The position numbers and the translations under genes are program-made. Shown one piece after another: positions 34,019-37,755 of a DNA stretch of 37,755 nucleotides. The notes below the pieces were generated by a model. It did no database searches, was not told the DNA's origin, and saw nothing but the letters and a program-made list of their open reading frames with translations. Position 1 is the first letter of the stretch. Each line of letters begins with the position of its first letter. Location of the stretch: the NCBI GenBank assembly GCA_005880805.1, contig VBFZ01000038.1, positions 1 through 37,755 of the forward strand, given 5' to 3'. Source of the DNA: Chloroflexota bacterium (GTDB lineage: Bacteria > Chloroflexota > Limnocylindria > Limnocylindrales > CSP1-4).

Positions 34019-34432
34019 CTAGCGGCCGCGCTGGACGTCAGCCAGCTCGCGGGCGACCTCGCGGCGGGCATCTCGCTCGGCGATATCACGGCGCTTGTCG
34101 TGCAGCTGCTTGCCGCGCGCCAGCCCGAGCTCGACCTTCGCCCGCCCGCGGTCGCTGATGTACAGGCGGAGCGGGACGATCGTCTGGCCCTTCCTGGCCG
34201 CACGCCCGAGCAGCTCGTCGATCTCCGAGCGATGGAGCAGGAGCTTGCGCGTCCGCTTCGGCTCGTGGTTGTAGCGGCGATCGATGCGCGCGTAGGCATC
34301 CGTGAGATTGACCTTGTTCGCCCGGATCGACTTGATCTCCGTGCCGGTCAGGACGATGCCCGCCTCGAAGGTCTCGTCGATCGTGTAGTCGTGCCGCGCC
34401 CGGCGGTTGAGGGCGACGGTCTGCTCGCCCAT
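34019..34432 (-). CDS. smpB: SsrA-binding protein SmpB with an apparent internal in-frame deletion
   Basis: NRRARHDY, EAGIVLTGTEIKSIR, RTRKLLLH, IVPLRLY, LARGKQLHDKR. Only 137 aa; the GE.WL..HI.PY segment is missing. Confidence 0.93.
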   Translation of the reverse strand: MGEQTVALNRRARHDYTIDETFEAGIVLTGTEIKSIRANKVNLTDAYARIDRRYNHEPKRTRKLLLHRSEIDELLGRAARKGQTIVPLRLYISDRGRAKVELGLARGKQLHDKRRDIAERDARREVARELADVQRGR

Positions 34433-34564
34433 CGATCAGCTCCAGCTCGGAGCACCGGCGGGAAAGGGAGCCCGGCGCTCCAGGATCGGGATGTGGCAGA
34501 CGCACGAACGCCGGCCCGTTGCGGACCGGCGCTCGTCAGCGTTGCCACCCCACAGGGTGCCCGT

Positions 34565-34615
34565 CTAGACGGTCATCTCCTGTGAGGTGGTGCAGCTACG
34601 CGAACTTTCGATCAC
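34565..34615 (-). CDS. Candidate 16-aa small ORF MIESSRSCTTSQEMTV
   Basis: GTG at 34615 preceded by AAAGGAGGTGAT with 9 nt between GGAGG and the start. TAG at 34567-34565. Confidence 0.5.
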   Translation of the reverse strand: MIESSRSCTTSQEMTV

Positions 34616-34643
34616 TGCACATCACCTCCTTTCGTTCGGTCGA

Positions 34644-34672
34644 ACCCTACCCGAAGGCGTACGGCGGTGCAA
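34644..34672 (-). promoter_or_regulatory. Putative sigma70 promoter TTGCAC-N17-TAGGGT for the small ORF/smpB leader
   Basis: -35 at 34672-34667, -10 at 34649-34644, exact 17-bp spacer. Confidence 0.6.
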
Positions 34673-34712
34673 GTGTCTGCAACCTCCCCGGAGTGGTCAC
34701 GGGCAGGAGGAT

Positions 34713-36083
34713 TCAGGCCGCGGCGCGGAGTGCCGGCGAGGAGGCGGTCGACGCGTTCAGGGCCTTGAGCGCTGCATCGAGTACGGCGTCGGCGCCGGGC
34801 GCCTGGTTGGCCGGCGCAGTGACAGGGATGTCGGGCGTCAGCCCGGTACCGTTGATCCACCGCTTGTCCGGTGTCAGCCACTTCGCGATGGTCAGGCGAA
34901 AACCGCCGTTGTCGCCCTCCAGCGTCTGCCACTCCTGGATCGTGCCCTTCCCGAAGGTCTTCTCGCCGATGAGCTTTCCCCTTCCCGTGTCCTGGAGCGC
35001 CCCCGACACGATCTCGCTGGCCGACGCGCTGCCCTTGTCGACGAGCACGACGACCTGGATGGAGGGATCCGTGGCGACGCCTCCCGGCTCGGCGTTCGTT
35101 GGGACGGGATCCGTCTTCGCGCCCTCCTCCCAGAAGATCGGTCCCGAGGCGATGAACTGGCTGGCGATGCGCCGGGCGGCGGTGATGTAGCCGCCGGGAT
35201 TGCCCCGGAGGTCGACGATGATCTTCCGCTCGCCGGAATCGACGTCCCGTTTGAGGGCGGCCTGGAAGTCGCTGGCGGCCTGGTCGCTGAAGCCGGTGAC
35301 CTGCAGGTAGCCCACGGTCCCCGCTGCGAGGTCCTTCGCGACGACCTCCTTCTGGATGATGACGTCGCGCGTGATCTTCACGTCGAATGGGGCGGTCGAC
35401 CCGCGCACGATCGTCAAGGTCACGACGGTTCCCTTCGGGCCTCGAACGCGGCCGACAGCAGTGTCGACCGTCTGTCCGTCGAGGCTCACGCCGTCGACCT
35501 TCGTGATCCGATCGCCCGGTTTGAGGCCGGCCTTGTCCGCGGGCGCGCCGGTGAGCGGCTGGACGATCGTCAGGGCGCAGGTCGGCCCGAGCGGCGTGCA
35601 GTCGGCGTTCTTGCCGTCGGTCGATTTGGCGGCGACGTTGGCGCCAATCCCCTCGAACTGGCCGGACAGGCCTTGCAGGCTTCGCCTGAAGTCCTCCGGG
35701 GACATGTAGGCGGAGTAGGGGTCACCCAGAGCGTCGATCATGCCCTTGATCGCCCCGTCGATGACCTTCTTCTGATCGACATCGCCGGCGGCGTAGTGGT
35801 CCGTGATCGCGCGGTAGGTGTCCCAGAAGGGCTGGAACGCCTGTTCCTCGCTGACATGCGTGCCCGGCGTGGTTGCCGCTCCCCGGCCGAGGCTGTAGCC
35901 CGACATGAACAGGGTGCCGCCTCCCAGCAGCACGACGGCGATGACCGCGATGCGGAAAGGCAGAACCGCCCTCCTCCGGGACGACGTCACCTGATCGAAC
36001 GGCAGGGGCTCCGCCCGGGGGAGGGCCGCTGGGGGCCCTTCCGGCTCTGGGTCGTGCTCGGGCTGGAGATCGGCGAGGGACAT
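34713..36083 (-). CDS. ctpA: S41 family C-terminal processing peptidase (CtpA/CtpB-like) with PDZ domain
   Basis: N-terminal TM, LGDPYSAYM, FEGIG, PADKAGLKPGDRI, IVDLRGNPGG, SASASEIVSGALQD, TFGKGTIQ. Confidence 0.93.
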   Translation of the reverse strand: MSLADLQPEHDPEPEGPPAALPRAEPLPFDQVTSSRRRAVLPFRIAVIAVVLLGGGTLFMSGYSLGRGAATTPGTHVSEEQAFQPFWDTYRAITDHYAAGDVDQKKVIDGAIKGMIDALGDPYSAYMSPEDFRRSLQGLSGQFEGIGANVAAKSTDGKNADCTPLGPTCALTIVQPLTGAPADKAGLKPGDRITKVDGVSLDGQTVDTAVGRVRGPKGTVVTLTIVRGSTAPFDVKITRDVIIQKEVVAKDLAAGTVGYLQVTGFSDQAASDFQAALKRDVDSGERKIIVDLRGNPGGYITAARRIASQFIASGPIFWEEGAKTDPVPTNAEPGGVATDPSIQVVVLVDKGSASASEIVSGALQDTGRGKLIGEKTFGKGTIQEWQTLEGDNGGFRLTIAKWLTPDKRWINGTGLTPDIPVTAPANQAPGADAVLDAALKALNASTASSPALRAAA

Positions 36084-36264
36084 TTGTAATCCTGAAGGCA
36101 AGGCGGACGCTCGGAAGCCGAGGCGGGCGATGAGGGTACATCGCCGCCCTTCGATCCTACGTTCGGCAGGCGCCCAGGGGTTCGAGTGTCAAGAGAACTT
36201 CATCGCGTCTGCACAGGCTGGGCGTGGCGCCGCCAGAAGCGGTCTCCGGGCGTGAGTGGCGAGG

Positions 36265-37152
36265 TCAGCGGCCGAGGTAGCTCCGCACCGACAGCCACGA
36301 GCCCAGCATGCCGAGTCCAACCCCGGCCGCGACCGTGATGAGCACGAGATCACGTGCAAGCGATCCGAGCTGGAGCGGCAGCACCTCGAAGAAACCCGTC
36401 ATGACGTGGCTGAGCGGCTGGCCGACCACGGCCAGCAGGGCGAGCGTCAGCGCCGCGCCGAGGACGCCCACGAACGCTCCCTCGAAGATGAAAGGCCAGC
36501 GCACGAACGCGTCGGACGCACCGACGAGCCGCATGATCTCGATCTCCTCGCGCCGCGCCACGACGGCGAGCTTGATCGTGTTGACGATGATGAACAGCAC
36601 CGTCAGCCCAACCAGGCCCAGCACGACCAGACCGCCCGTCCGCAGGAGGGTCGTGATCGTGAGCAGCCGGTCGACGTAGCTCTCGACCGGGTCGACTTTC
36701 GCGACCGCGTAATCCTGTGCCTTGAGGAACTCCACCACACCGCCGTAGACCTTGGGGTCCTTGAGCCGGACCTGAAGGCTGGCCGGCAGCGGGTTCGAGT
36801 CGAGAACCTTGGTCAGGTCTTCGTGCCCCAGCTGCGCCTGCCGATCGCGGAAGCGCTGCAGCGCCTGGTCCTTGGTCAGGTACTCGACGCTCAGGACCTC
36901 GGGTCGCGCCTCGACCTGCGCCTCGAGGGCCATGATGTTCGACTCGGGAAGGTTATCGCGGAGCTCGGCGACGACCTGGACCTTCTGCTCGACGAACTCG
37001 AGGCCGGCAGCGAGACCCGTCTGGAGGATCCAGAAGCCCGCCAGCAGGACGAGCATCAGGATCATCGTCGCGGTCGCCGCGAGGCTCATGACCTTGTTGC
37101 GCCAGAAGCCCTGCCAGGCGCGCTTGAAGCTGAATGCGATGAAGGAGATCAC
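36265..37152 (-). CDS. ftsX: Cell division permease-like protein FtsX
   Basis: WRNKVMSLA, NPLPASL, IVNTIKLAVVARREEIEIMRLVGASDAFVRWPFIFEG. Confidence 0.97.
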   Translation of the reverse strand: MISFIAFSFKRAWQGFWRNKVMSLAATATMILMLVLLAGFWILQTGLAAGLEFVEQKVQVVAELRDNLPESNIMALEAQVEARPEVLSVEYLTKDQALQRFRDRQAQLGHEDLTKVLDSNPLPASLQVRLKDPKVYGGVVEFLKAQDYAVAKVDPVESYVDRLLTITTLLRTGGLVVLGLVGLTVLFIIVNTIKLAVVARREEIEIMRLVGASDAFVRWPFIFEGAFVGVLGAALTLALLAVVGQPLSHVMTGFFEVLPLQLGSLARDLVLITVAAGVGLGMLGSWLSVRSYLGR

Positions 37153-37169
37153 TCGTCAGTCCCTGCTCG

Positions 37170-37755
37170 TCAATCTTCTCTGTGATATGCCCCGCCGACC
37201 TCGTCGCGAATGATCCGCCCCTCCTCGAGCGCGACGACGCGCTTGCGCAGGGCGGTGACGACTTCGGCGTTGTGGGTCGCCATCAGGACCGTCACCCCGA
37301 GCTCGTTGATGCGCAGCAGCAGCTGGATGATCTCCCAGCTGATCAGCGGATCCAGGTTGCCGGTCGGCTCGTCGGCAATGATGATCCGCGGGTCGTGCAC
37401 CAGGGCGCGGGCGATGGCCGTGCGCTGCTGCTCGCCGCCCGACAGCTGAGCCGGCGTCTGCTTCGCCTGCGCCGACAAGCCAACGAGCGCGAGCACCCGG
37501 TCGACGGCGGGCCGGATCTGGCGGCGCGGCGTCCCGGTGACCTCGAGCGCGAAGGCGACGTTCTCCCAGACGCTCTTCGTCGGCAGCAGCTTGAAGTCCT
37601 GGAAGACGATCCCGATCTTGCGGCGGACCTTCGGGACGTTGCGCCGCCCGAGGCGCGCGAGGTCGTGGCCGTCCACCACCACCTCGCCCTTGGTCGCGAG
37701 CTCGTCGCGGATCAGCAGCTTGATCAATGTCGACTTGCCGGCGCCCGACGGGCCC
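37170..37755 (-). CDS. ftsE: Cell division ATP-binding protein FtsE (5'-partial)
   Basis: GPSGAGKST at the window edge, IGIVFQDFKLL, LSGGEQQR, ADEPTGNLD, MATH. Upstream of ftsX. Confidence 0.97.
   Translation of the reverse strand, partial: GPSGAGKSTLIKLLIRDELATKGEVVVDGHDLARLGRRNVPKVRRKIGIVFQDFKLLPTKSVWENVAFALEVTGTPRRQIRPAVDRVLALVGLSAQAKQTPAQLSGGEQQRTAIARALVHDPRIIIADEPTGNLDPLISWEIIQLLLRINELGVTVLMATHNAEVVTALRKRVVALEEGRIIRDEVGGAYHRED

Noticed and set aside
34618-34632. AAAGGAGGTGAT as a 16S rRNA 3'-end fragment
   Set aside because: The match is only about 12 nt and the flanks are not rRNA-like. It is better explained as an SD.
34449-34640. smpB leader as 6S RNA or SRP RNA
   Set aside because: There is no SRP domain IV (GGAA loop with AGCAG), and I cannot build the single rod with symmetric central bubble typical of 6S. 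It is kept as unassigned.
36154-36192. TTGACA plus TAGGAT as the ctpA promoter
   Set aside because: The spacer is 27 bp, too long for a single sigma70 promoter. The -10 alone may still function.
1-37755. CRISPR array, IS/transposase, tRNA or rRNA genes
   Set aside because: No regularly spaced repeats, transposase motifs or tRNA cloverleafs were seen other than the tRNA-like domain of tmRNA.

Overview
High-GC bacterial chromosome segment containing the replication-origin cluster. The DnaA N-terminus and gene set suggest Chloroflexota, possibly Limnocylindria-like (inference only). From left to right: a >934-aa double GT-C/PMT glycosyltransferase that runs off the window and is absent from the ORF track; an acetamidase/formamidase; a sugar ABC operon (binding protein, 2 permeases, PpiC-like protein, NAD epimerase, 1488-aa GH38 alpha-mannosidase, LLM oxidoreductase); a GT2; a leftward run dnaA-oriC-dnaN-recF-DUF721 followed by a PP2C-like/beta-propeller membrane protein, a rhomboid and a DUF151 nuclease; a rightward run rpmH-rnpA-yidD-yidC-jag-VanW; a HAD hydrolase; a ~1.7-kb repeat-flanked accessory segment at the tmRNA 3' end; ssrA; MmcQ/YjbR; a proline-racemase-family gene; smpB; an S41 peptidase; ftsX; and partial ftsE. 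The strongest observations are: (i) a promoter + strong SD + 16-aa ORF + multi-hairpin unit directly upstream of smpB; (ii) clean in-frame losses of roughly 16-17 codons that remove essential motifs from both SmpB and the GH38 enzyme (biology or assembly/editing artefact); (iii) a pseudo-PP2C/beta-propeller receptor-like gene where gyrBA often sits; (iv) a possible protein O-mannosylation and recycling neighbourhood; (v) four copies of a CAAC(T/A)CATGC motif bracketing the ssrA-adjacent segment; (vi) a perfect Gram-positive-type LexA box between ssrA and mmcQ. Family assignments come from manual motif recognition. No database searches were run.
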